DNA of 63,454 nucleotides, filler included, from Sphacelaria rigidula (lineage: Eukaryota): NCBI GenBank assembly GCA_964200075.2. It is 11 parts of 11 records of this genome, joined end to end, with 100 filler letters (N's around TTAATTAATTAA, not from the genome) between each part and the next. Parts side by side here need not be neighbours in the genome. Positions count along the whole stretch, not along the records: positions 11,557 to 17,234 come from CAXNAA020025318.1; positions 17,335 to 23,012 come from CAXNAA020025319.1; positions 23,113 to 28,790 come from CAXNAA020025320.1; 8 more parts are not named here. One strand, given 5' to 3'. The position numbers were made by a program, and so were the translations under genes. Under the pieces are notes generated by a model. The model was not told the DNA's origin. It worked only from the letters and a program-made list of their open reading frames with translations, and did no database searches. Each line of letters begins with the position of its first letter. The stretch's first letter is position 1. This document shows positions 12,565 to 24,062 of the stretch, piece by piece.

Positions 12565-13268
12565 GATGAATTTGCGAAAATAGCGCTGCTGCTCGCAGCG
12601 TACCTTTTCTGCTGGTCGACCCAAGCTGCAGATGTGTTGGCTTCCGACCTACGAGTAGTTGAAGCAAGACTCGGGAGTATTAAAAAATAAAATATAAAGT
12701 ATCCAGCATTTTGAGACATGACTAGAACGGACCAAACTTGGAGTCATTTGGATATGCTTGTTCTCGAGTTTGTTCGAGCGATCCACAAGCGCACGGAAGG
12801 GTGTGGCCTTGTGCATGGTGCGGCGTCATCGCCTGTGCTGGCGTAGGACTATTTTGGATGGACAGAGTGACTATTTGAGCGCTGCTGTACCTATTCTAGC
12901 AGGGGACGAAGCCATCGCAGAGGATATCAGAAAACAGAACAACAGCGCAGGGTCTGAAAGATCTTTTTGTTGTGCCCGCCAAGGTCCCCACTGCGCGGAC
13001 TCGTGCCAGCCGCCGTCGCTTTCCCGACGACTGAGGGCGGTGTCTATGCGCAGTAAGCAAGTGGCAAAAGCGAGTTATGGTGTACTCTGGTGTTGATTGA
13101 CAACTTGAGCTAATGCACCGCCGCTCATCTGCTGAAAACAACACCGGAATACATGTCAGATTGCCGCCACGGAACAGCATTACGACGAAATAATTGATTT
13201 CGCGATAGGACAGTTTGACGGGGAGTGGCCGCCTCAGCCAAGGACAAAGGAGGCAAGCGGGGATAGTG

Positions 13269-16200
13269 ATGGTGCTCATAGCATGCTCCGCGAGACGCAA
13301 ATGCTACGCTATAAGCCTCATACTAGGATACCTCGGCTGTTGTGCCAGCTCTCTTGTCGGAGTGCATGCGCAGGGCCTAGAGTACCCTTTTCCACTGGCC
13401 GAGGCTCCAACAACAACCGAAACGGAGGCGGTCGCACCAGCATCTGCCCATGAGCCATACCTGGTATCTGTCGAAGTTGCACTGGGCGAGGGCGACTCGT
13501 TCATGATTCTGGGTATCCGTGAAGGGCAGACTGTGACTCAGGTAAAAATGTTGTTCTAGGACAATTGTAGGGCTCCCGATCGGTGGGTAAAAATTTTCCT
13601 GATACGGAGTTGCGAGGCCAGTTCTCAGTAGTACCAACAACCATTCTTATCTGTCGCTCGGCTTGCTTCTCCACGACATGTCTTTTGTCTTGCCCGATGT
13701 CAGGCGGCATCGGCGTTCTGTGAGGAGCACGGATTTGACGAAGAGTTGACGACAGTGCTCATGCCCCAGATCATACAGGTATTACCGTGCTACGCCGACT
13801 GCACTCTTTCAGTAATGGACCCTCGTTCTTTATCTGTGGGTAATCGTCCAAGTTAGCTGCGGTTATCGTTGTCGTTTCTGCCGGCAACTATCTGATGCAG
13901 TATAGCAGCGGAAGCCGGTGTATTGATGGTACTGCTGTACTCTGTATCATCCGGTAATGTGTGTTTGCGTAACGTGTGCTCGGTTGCCAGCATGATCCGT
14001 GGTAGCGAATCACAGGGTTGCCCTTCGAATGACCAAGCCTGGGGGATGTACCTAGTCTCCATTGCTCAGAGCTACGAGCTGGGCCAGGCTAGAAGCTCAC
14101 ATTTCTCTAGCACACGATAGCTTTTTTTAGCTTCCTGAATTGACCTGATGGAAGTACATCGCTGTGAGATGTAAACCAACCTACTGAAGCATACTCTGTT
14201 GCCAGAAAAAATGGAAAAAAATCACTGCATTATATATGGCCTCCACGTCAGAACCACATTCTGCAATAAACGAATGTATCTGTCGGGATCCGAACTCGTA
14301 AATCTCCGCCCTTGTGGAAGTATCTTACACAGCTAGACAACGGGTCGCAACGGTTTCACAGAAGAAAGGTGGAATGCACGACCCAATTTGAGGAGCTTTG
14401 AGCTGAAATTTTACGCGTACCTTCTACACGTCAACACGCATAATACTGGGACGGCCAAAAATACAAACTTTTTTGGGGGGTATGGCATATTCTTTGTTGT
14501 CAGGATCTCAAACTGGCTCTAATTTGCCATTCTCTTGATTTTCTGGCTACCACGGTACGTCTATGCGTCGTGATGATATGAAGCTTGTGTCACAAATTTT
14601 CCTCAAACTCCTACAAACGCTGTAAAGTCGGTGTCAAGCGCCAAAAAATGCTTCAAGCTGTCCCAGTTTGAATATTTGACGCATTCTACGAGTAAGCTAT
14701 GCTGTGACTGACACAATAAACGGACTGGAAGGCCTCTCTAGTTCACGTAGACGCGACACGCCGCAGAGTATAGCGTGCCATTCTTGGGATTTGGTTCATT
14801 TTAATCGACTGGCTTGTGACACGTCGCGGGTATGATGAGCAGAGGGGGAATAGCGTAAAGTCTGCGGTGATCGAGAAAAAACAAATTTTGATAAGTTATC
14901 AAACGATAGATGAATGACGCGCGTGCTGTGAATTCAATATGTTGATGAAAGGTGCTTGAGGAGGAAGTAGCCGCGGCAATGAATAATCAGAACGGTGCTA
15001 GGGGCGGCGAAGTTGTTGATGGTGGTTTTACCGACTGGGGCACCACCGTCGGAGACAATCGAGAGGACGCTTCTTCGATGACCAACAGATTAGGAGGAGA
15101 GTCGGAGCATGACAAGGCTGGGGAACAAGATACATCAGACGATTCAACAACAGACGAAGCTATGTTCACTCTCAGTGTTTCTCTTGACGGCGGGGTCTCA
15201 AAACCACTCGCCTACCATGCTTGGCAGGTGAGAACTCCCTTTTGGTAATACAGTACAACATTGCCATGGTGAGTATCCATGTATGCGACGGATGGCCGTG
15301 TGCTCATAGGTCCTGACCCGCCGATGAAGGCCCTGATGAAAAATATTGGAGGGATCGATAGCGTGTACATGTGTTCCACGTGACACGTACATGGGAAGGT
15401 AGCCTCCAACGAGCTAAATATACTGGAAGATCGCTGAATGAACCGACGTCATATGGCGCCATGACATGCACCACTTTTGCGCCGCTGGCGCTGCCGACTA
15501 CCTGCAAATAGCGTCGTAGCTCCATTCGAAAACCGTAGGTACGGAACCCTACCCACTAACTCTTGAGTGCCACTGAACAAAATTTAGCATCTCCGTATCC
15601 TTCATACGAGCACTTCCTTCCACTCACCGCCCCCTCATGTGCGTGTGGAACCTGGACCTGCCGGAAAGACGAAAGAGATATACGAGTAGTCGAGAGAAGG
15701 AGGAAGTAGATGCACGGAATTGCCTCTGTGGCAAAGCAATAGAGACCAGAACTCATGTAGTTGCGGAATGTGAAGGATACAAGGAGCAGCGGGACATACT
15801 AAAGGGGGAAATGCGGGACGTGAACGAAGGTTGCATGAAATTATTTGATGCTAGACAGTAGAGAGAAAAGTATGGCTATACTAGGTAGATGGTGGCCACA
15901 GATGTCGAATCAGGAAGGGGATGAGATATGTAAAACGTTTTGTGTAGTGTGTGAAAGAAAGCAATGTTGGAGTTGTCTCTACTAGGAGTAGGAACAGTGC
16001 TCCGTCTCGAAAGGGATGCGTGGTCGATGGTCAAACGAGGAACGCAGGCAGCGAATGAGTCCCCCCCCCGATGTGCGTCTTTACGTACCCCCACCAGAAC
16101 CCAGAGGATGCGGCGACAGCCTTTTGTGACGAACACGCTCCTCATTTGGAGGCTGAGTTTTTGGCGTCGTGCATCGAAACACTCAAGATGACCATCTTAG

Positions 16201-17153
16201 AACGACGAAACGCGGTCATTGCCGCAGAGCTCACTGCAGACGAGACGGACCCAAGAGCTCGCCCGAACCACCAGGTACTGTACGCGTACATGAAGTGAGG
16301 TTCCAGCATATTCGCAGCTGATCTCTATAGTTTGGATGGAGTATTCAAAGGGAACGTCGTTTTTCGTTGCTACTTGTAGTATGGGTTGGTTTGAGACCGC
16401 TAGGTCTCACGGCGTAGTCCGACGCGGATTCGTAGTGGTCTTGCTTCCTAAATACGCAAGCGGATGATTTGAGCTCGGGACGCGGGGTACCACCCACGCG
16501 AGGGGCACGTGGAGTATTATGGTTCGGTTATTTGGTACCTCGGGCTTCCACAAGCACGTGCATGTGGTATCACGGGGGGTTGGCGGCTGCACTCACAACA
16601 GATCTCGCGGAATTTTGTTGCCCACTGCTCGATTTCCCGCGATGACTCTGCGACAGGGAATGATTGTCGTAAACAAGTACCTGGACAGTGCATCGAACAT
16701 GTCATCTAAATGGTGTGAAAGGAGGAGACTCTCGTGCACAGTCTTCAAATAATCGTCTTGAAATGATGCACTCCATAATGGAAGACAGAAACCACGTACG
16801 TGCGCAGACCTGGATCACATTCACACCCGAGTTAGCACCCCACACACAAAGCAGTCGTCAGACGTTTATCTTTTAATCAAAAATGTGCCGTTTGTTTTCC
16901 ACTAACTCCGCCCTTGCGATAGGAACTAAACCAAGAGACGCCATATCATCATCATCATGAGCAACAGCAGCAGCAGCAGCAGCATGGCTTCACAGAAACA
17001 TTCCCTTGGGTGACGGTGCCGCTCAACGTAAACGGAATCGAGGCCACGTTGCAAATCTTCGAGGGCGTCGCACCACGAGATGCGGCGGACGAGTTTTGCC
17101 GCCGGGGTGAATTCAAGCTTGCGGGCGCGTCTCTTGAAAGCTGCGTCGCGCAG
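13269..17153 (+). CDS. Predicted secreted protein with three tandem PFU-like domains; exons 13269-13541, 13704-13778, 14952-15227, 16098-16274, 16923-17153; 3' end incomplete
   Basis: All five exons have AG/GT borders, have lengths divisible by 3 (273, 75, 276, 177, 231 nt) and join in phase 0 with no stop. Hydrophobic N-terminus ending VGVHA-QG. The unit [beta strands]-G/N-x(2-4)-AA-xx-FC occurs three times. Confidence 0.8.
14280..14345 (-). repeat. tRNA-like SINE head remnant in an intron; similar remnant at about 38687-38750
   Basis: Minus strand has a B-box-like GAGTTCGGATCCC (second copy GAGTTCGAATCCC) after an A-box-like motif. No complete cloverleaf. Confidence 0.55.
15640..16030 (+). 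mobile_element. Decayed non-LTR retrotransposon 3' fragment (C-terminal CCHC finger) in intron 3 of the secreted-protein gene
   Basis: LDLPERRKRY...NCLCGKAIETRTHVVAECEGYKEQR is a Cx1-3C-x7-8-H-x4-C LINE ORF2 terminal finger, followed by stops and frameshifts. Confidence 0.7.
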
Positions 17154-17379
17154 GTGCTCGAAACATCTACCCCCCCCCCCCCCCCCCCGCCCCCCCCCCC
17201 CCCGCGCCCCCCCACCCCACCCCCACCCCCAGCCNNNNNNNNNNNNNNNNNNNNNNNNNNNNNNNNNNNNNNNNNNNNTTAATTAATTAANNNNNNNNNN
17301 NNNNNNNNNNNNNNNNNNNNNNNNNNNNNNNNNNAATGTCGCCAATATGAGGCGCTTCATGCAGCCTGAACTCGAAAAT

Positions 17380-20300
17380 CAGGCGCTGTATGGCCATTTG
17401 TTTCGTGACACTTTTCGCTGGTTTTGGGGGGGGGGGCTATCGTAGAAAGTGTCTGGTGCGCCAATACGGGGTAACGTTTCGGTAAAATAATGACCCGTAA
17501 GTGCTGGCATGCCATTTTGGCGAATTAGTGCAACTTCTAAAAGTTGAAGATCGCCGAAGAGTGTAATACCAATGCTACCGTTTTGTCGTGGGTGGTAAGC
17601 AGCTCCGGTTGGTTGAGTATTTCTTCCGATAGGCCATGGCGCGGTGGAGAGTATCGAAGTGTTCAAGGTTGAACTCTCCGCGAGGCGTGGAATGTGGCGA
17701 TAGTGGTGGAAGCGTGCGGTAGGCTCGTTTATTAAACCGCATGTAGCTATCTCTACCCAACAATATGGCGTAGTGCATTGTGCCGTCGGGGACAATGTAT
17801 GCCCAGACTGCCAGGCTGGCAGAACGAGTGGTGTTGTGGAAGAATTGCACACTGAGACTTACGGATTTTCGTGTCGTCAGGGGTGCGGCAGAATCACAGA
17901 AACCGCCCCATACTCGAGGTTGGCTGGTGGTTTCTCCAGCTGCAGTAGCAGCACCAGTCTGTTTCGTGCGTTTCCATGCTGATGCTCGAAATAATGTTTG
18001 CGGGCTGCCGCTGTTCAACAAGGATACGTATTTCGTAGGCGTGGTAGAGTTTGGACCAGAGTGGATCGCAACGCGTGCAGTGAAAGTGGCCGGATCCACA
18101 GACACTTTACCGCCGCCAAAATCCGGACCGTGTTCCGGCAATGTAAATTGGTCAGGATCAGCAGTGCTGACAGCAAAAACGCACGGCGGGTGATCCGCCG
18201 GTGGGTCAGATTTCTCACCAGAGAAGAGTGTGCACGGTATATTATCTCCAGGTGTGGCACTGTCGGAGTGGCCACTAGAGATTTCGTAAACGATCGTTTT
18301 TGGTTGACAGGGATCGCCGTCCGAGGGGGATCTAGATTGTGCGGGCCTGGAGTCGTCGATAAAAGAAGTAGTGACGTCAGAAATATTTTGTTCAGTTTCT
18401 TCCGCGATACTTGATAGAGCCGTCGAGCTCAAAGTCGTCACATGTTGGAGAGGTTGGGATCGAGGATTTCCGCTCGAAAGAGTTGTACGTGATGATGCGC
18501 GCGCGTCCTTGGGGGCAGGCTTACGGGGCTTTCTCTTCCGCCGTCACAGTGGTCGGGGAACTTCCACAATATTTTGGGATAATACTACGACTGCGTCCAG
18601 TCGGGTAGATGGGGTCAGCATCGAGGCATGACGGAGCGAAACTTGTGGGCTGCTTCCCGTATGCAAGCTTGGCTGGTGGGTCATAGCCGAGGGTATGTCG
18701 GGGCGGTTCTTGTTAGGATTGGCCGAAGGTAGGTCCGTGCGTGTTGAAAATCGCGGGGAAGGAGCTCGATCCAACGGATTGGAGATTACATGATCCGATG
18801 TGGTCAAGTTCAAATCAGCAACACTTGGGTCAGCTGAAAAATACTTGCTACCACCTGTGCGTGCGGTCGCTGAGAGAAGCCTTTGCCTCAGGGACTGGCG
18901 GTTGGTCCTCTCACACCTCAGACTCGTACTCGGTACTGAAGGACCAAGTGCAGGGCCGGGTGTAGGCCTGACTCGCGGGGTGACACAACTATTACGCGGT
19001 GTATAGAGGGATGAAGACGGGGGTCGGTTTGAACGGCCTTCAGTTGCGCTCCTGCATAGTGCCGGGCGAGCCGGTTGAAGAATCCTAGTCGCGGGCTCTG
19101 CGGACTATGTTGAAAACGTGTGTGGAGGTTGGAGACGGGGGTCGATTTGAACGGCCGTCTGTAATGCTCCTGGGTAATGCCGGGGGAGTCGGGTGAGCAA
19201 TCTTAGTCACGGACTCGGTGGGCTGTGTTGAAAAAAACTTTGCTTATGCTATCGGCGGCGCGGAAGACCGTAGAACGCCGGTGTCGGCACGTCATGGGTC
19301 TACGCGATCCGTAGTGAAGGTACGGGGGTTCCTGGTAGTGGGGTCCGAGTTGTGTGTCGGCCCCGTCCGCTGATGTCTATTAGGGGATCGTTTGTTGTCG
19401 CGAGAATTATTATCATTCTGGCGAGGGCTTGCGTTAATGTTATTCTGTCGGCAACCGCGATGAGAGCTTTTGTGGCCACGTGGATTTGGATTGTTACGAT
19501 AATTTCGATTTGGTGGGCGATAGTCGCGCATGCGTTTGCCATCGGCGCCACGCGGGTTCATTGTCCTGCCATTCAGGGTTCATGAGATCAAAGGCATTGG
19601 TGCATGGACTGTCGCAGTAACGCATACTGTGGCCTTGAACACTACAGTTGATGCAACTGTTGGCATGACTTCTGAAGGCATTGCGTCTAGCAGGAGACGA
19701 ACGAAGTGGGTTCCACAAAGGGGGGTTACCTGTAATGAATGCCGTTGTTGAAGTCAAACAAACACCATCCCAAGTTTCCTCGGTAAACGGCCAACCAACA
19801 AAACTTGCGCTGAATGCACCTCTGTGACTTTGAACTTGCATAACTGAACTGGAGCGAGATGAACTCGTATTCCTGCCGCGAGACCTCTGGGCATGAGCGG
19901 GGAACACAACAGTAGGTTGTGAACGCAGGGGCGTAGAAGGTTTGCCACGTATGGCGGGCGTTAGATTACCCTCTTGGTGTACAAAAGCAGACCACATAGT
20001 ATCAACAGAGGCGTAGGGCACCTCGCGATGCGCCAAGACACCCGGAAACAACGACGGCATCAAAGCCGGATAGTGTTGAGCAACGCTATTGCGAACGTAA
20101 GTCTGGCACATTGCGTCGCTCGGTCCGTTTTGGCGTCCGACACCCGTAGTACCAGAGACCAAAAGCTTATATTCGCAAAGATAATCCGCGAAGGGGACAT
20201 CCGATGCGGCAGCAAAAGAACTCAGCCTCTGGATGGCGCTTGTTTGGTCACCTTTGTCAAAGTAGCCTATCAGACGCCTTTCCAGATCAGAGAGCAATAC

Positions 20301-22534
20301 CGGGCATTTCTTCCCCTGGGCACGATCCGGATCCATTTCGGCGAGGAAGCCATCGAGGATCTGTGTTAAAGAAGCGGAGATGTCGGGAGAGAGGCGACTG
20401 ATGGATCGATGTAATGCTTCATGCAATGGGGTCTGCCAGCCGTCTACCCAATTGGTATCTCAAAGCGTTGGACGCCAGTTGCATCCGCCGAGTGAAGGAT
20501 ATTGCAAACTGTACGGCGAATGGATGTGATGAGGAGGGCAGGAGTAAACTGTCCCGAATCTTCGTTATCCGCAGGAGGCATGTTTTTGACATGCCAAAGC
20601 TTTTCACGTCCATCTGGATATACTGTCTCTGTATTGCAGCTACTCGGGTAGACTCGATTCTATCGGAAGCTGTTTATTTAATACCTTCGAAACGTTCTTT
20701 GTCGGCCGTAGCGGTTATGAAAGCGCGGGTTGCAGTAGAAGACAATGGACCGTCTGGTGTGTCCGATCAGATAAGCCCAAAATGCGACCTGAAACGTCGG
20801 CCAACTTAGGTATCACTTGCCTGGATGGCGCCGAACCCGAGGGGGGCAGGTCTATGCTAGACCGGTTCCAGCCTGGCACGGAAGAGCCGAAAGAATTACG
20901 TCCTGTTTTCTTCCGGGTCGAGCCGTGATTATTGTGGACCGGGCGGTTCGGTCTGGGACCGCCCTATGAGGATCCTCCGCCGCCATGGCGGCGGCGTGGG
21001 CCTCCTCCACCGTTGTCATCGTCATCCCGCCGGTGGTTCTTCTTCTTGTCTCTGCAGTTGGCACTTGTTGTAGTCCAACCATCGTCATCCTGGTCATCGT
21101 CGGCGATGGTGGCGCCAGGATCAGAGGGGTAAGCGTCACGTAGCGCTGCAAAATGATGGTTGACAGTTTCGACGAAATGCTGGTGATCAGTGCTGTCGCC
21201 GATGGTCATGTCGAGAACAAGTTAGCCCAGGGTGAGGGACGGTATGCCGTTGTTGGGAAGAACCCGCCCTGGTCCACGTAAAGACCAGTATCGTGGTGGA
21301 GACGTTGCGACACCAAGTTCCAAGCTTAGCGGGAGCAGTGTAGGTGGTTGGTCCAGAGGAACGGGCCGGTATCCGACTAGTGCCGAGATAGCCCCCCCAC
21401 GAAAAGTGCACCGAAGACCGTCCGACAAACCGGGTGCGATCCCATTGTTGGGCTCGTTTGTAGCAATTTCGCCCACACGAAAGGCGTATAGCAGTCCGAA
21501 ATCAGCTATAACGCCCAAATGAGTCGCGCCGTGCAGCACGAAACCACCTCCAACGGCATTTTTGAGCATCGCCTCCGTGCACGGTTTTGGCCGGTTCGGG
21601 GGGGGGGCTATCTCGGCAGCAGTAATAATCGGCCGCGGAACGAGAAAGCCACGGTCGTCCGTGGGGCGTAAGTTGCAGGCCTGCTGTCGGGCCGGCATAG
21701 GCCGCCGAGCTAGCTGCTCGAATCGGGAGTGTTGGGGCCGTCTTGGGGACGGCAGCGGCCGCAGCATACGACGGTTGGTCGGACTTACGTGGAATAGTGT
21801 AAGTCGACGTTCTGGTCTTGGGCTGGGCCTTGTGAGCCAAAGGCTTGTGAGAAGGGCGACCACTGATCGGATTGCCGACGGACGGCGGAGAGGCCTGATG
21901 GTTGGTCAGGCGGGTCACCGACGTAGTCGCTTCGTGAGCGGTCCTTCAGACATGGTCCTCGACGTCCCGCACTCGTCTCTGGGCCGCCATGGCAGCAGTG
22001 ACCTTCCTGCAGGGCGCGTTGAGCAGCAGGGTTCGCAGTTTGTGCGTGCGAAGCCGGCCGCTGAAGATCTCTGTGCATGTCAGCATGTTGCCCCGCTAGG
22101 AGGCGTGCAGCAGCCGTGTCAGCCTCACGTTGTTGCTCTATGATGCCCTTGGCAAGCGCTGGCGATTGTGAGGCGTAATCCTCGATGAGCATTATTTGTT
22201 CCGCGCGGGGGCGGTTCCTGAACAGCCTCAAGAGTAGGCCAGTCGGCCAGTGCTCGTCGCCGAGGGGAGGGAGACCCTTCACAAACGGGGGCGAGGGCAT
22301 GGGGGCATCCGTGACGGGACCAGTGGTTGGGCCACTATCAGCGTCGGTATCGACGGCAAACGGGGCGGCAACGATTGTGGGAGCCGTGACTGTAGTCGTC
22401 GTGGCGGGAGGCGCAGCGGACATGGCAGCAGCGCCGGCAGCGGCAGTGATGGCGGCAGCAGCAGTGGCGGTAACTCCTCTTTTTCCCATAGTGGTCTTGG
22501 CGGCAGCGGTGGTGATTACTATCTTGCTTTCCAT
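17380..22534 (-). mobile_element. Decayed LTR retrotransposon (long gag-like region, zinc knuckle, protease), fragmented by frameshifts
   Basis: Chain of minus-strand ORFs: 21785-22534, 21222-21863, 19494-20426 with CINCSVQGHSMRYC, and 17575-18441 with protease-like YVSLLNSGSPQT (D to N) and ILLGRD. Confidence 0.8.
19016..19234. repeat. Two diverged ~118-bp tandem units inside the retroelement, between gag and protease
   Basis: GACGGGGGTCG.TTTGAACGGCC ... TGTTGAAAA begins at 19016 and again at 19134. Confidence 0.8.
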
Positions 22535-24062
22535 CCTTGACTTGGTCAGTTCTTGCTCAAGATTTATCAGTCGTTAGTGGAGGGGGCGAATAATCGCAGC
22601 ATCAGAGCGGGACGGGGGGTCGCAGTCATTGCGGGGTCGCCGGTTGTGCGATGAATCACGGCTGGATCCCTCAATTGAGGATTCGAGAGCCGGTGACATG
22701 TTCGAAAATATATTTTGGATGCCGTCAGCATTTACAATATTAGATTCATCCTACGATAGGGGGGGGGTATTTTGGGCCACTTCTAGCACGAAATCCTAAG
22801 TCAAATCGTCGTTGAAAGCAGCAACGGTTGCTCGAACGAGCTTGCTATAGATACATTACGCTCATTCATACCGATCGACACCGTTTTGAAGCAAAGACAA
22901 GGGCACCACGAGTGTGGTAGGTCGCCTGACACACTTGTGAGCCTCTTTTTTCGCGCAACCAAATCCCCCCCCCCCCCCTATCGACTAAGGCAAGCAACAA
23001 ATGAGTACGCCCNNNNNNNNNNNNNNNNNNNNNNNNNNNNNNNNNNNNNNNNNNNNTTAATTAATTAANNNNNNNNNNNNNNNNNNNNNNNNNNNNNNNN
23101 NNNNNNNNNNNNATGTATACCTGTTGCCGAATGCATTTCGCTCAAGGATTTGACAAATTGAGGATGATCTGTTTTTTTTTTCCGGGATGAACCTTGGGAA
23201 CCTTCACCAGCGTAGAAATAACTTTGACATAAAAATGCAAATGCACTCTCCGGCCGTGGTGATGATCTGATCCATCCATAATTCAACGGATTATTGTCGA
23301 AAATGATATGAAACATTCAAATGAGGTTAATTTCCAAATAGTACTTTCCCTCACCTATAATCATGACAAATGAATTGCATATAGATGAGATCGAGCCCCC
23401 CGATCGCCCGATATTGGTTTTTGGGGGGAATCTCGTCTTCCGTTCCCCCAAACGGCACGTGCGAAAGTATCATATCCGGGCTGAAAGCGTCCCTTTTTTC
23501 ACCCCGAAATCGACGGGGGAAAGGTGCTTTCGCACATTCCTTGTTGGGAAATAGAAGACGGGAATCCCCCCAATGATAGTATAAGAGAAGTCGGGGGGGG
23601 GGGGGGTAAGATCCTTCATAGAACAGTGCGACTACTAGGTGAAGCACGACTTGGAGTTCAAACTCGATATCATGTCAAACCTCATCATGGTCGAACATAA
23701 TCTCTCGTTCGAAAAATCTCGTGTCCATACCACACAATTTCGACCTCTGTTCATTCCCGTTAAGAACAAACCGTCACTTTTTTTCATCAGAAACCCCAGT
23801 ATTTTTTTACAAAAAATTGCGGATAGATTTATGATCTCTAGGACAAACGCAGCCACACGTCACGGCCGGATGGAGTGTTTGCATTTCATCCTCGAAAACA
23901 TATTTCGATGCTAACTAAGGTTCCCCCCGGCTCATTCTCAACAAAACCTTCATTATCAATTTTGTATTGTCCAGTGTTGCACGTGCGGTACAAGCTCTAC
24001 TAAATAAGAAAAGTAACTTCCTGCGAGTGCCCATAGGGGTCACGATCATAGACTCCACTCAC

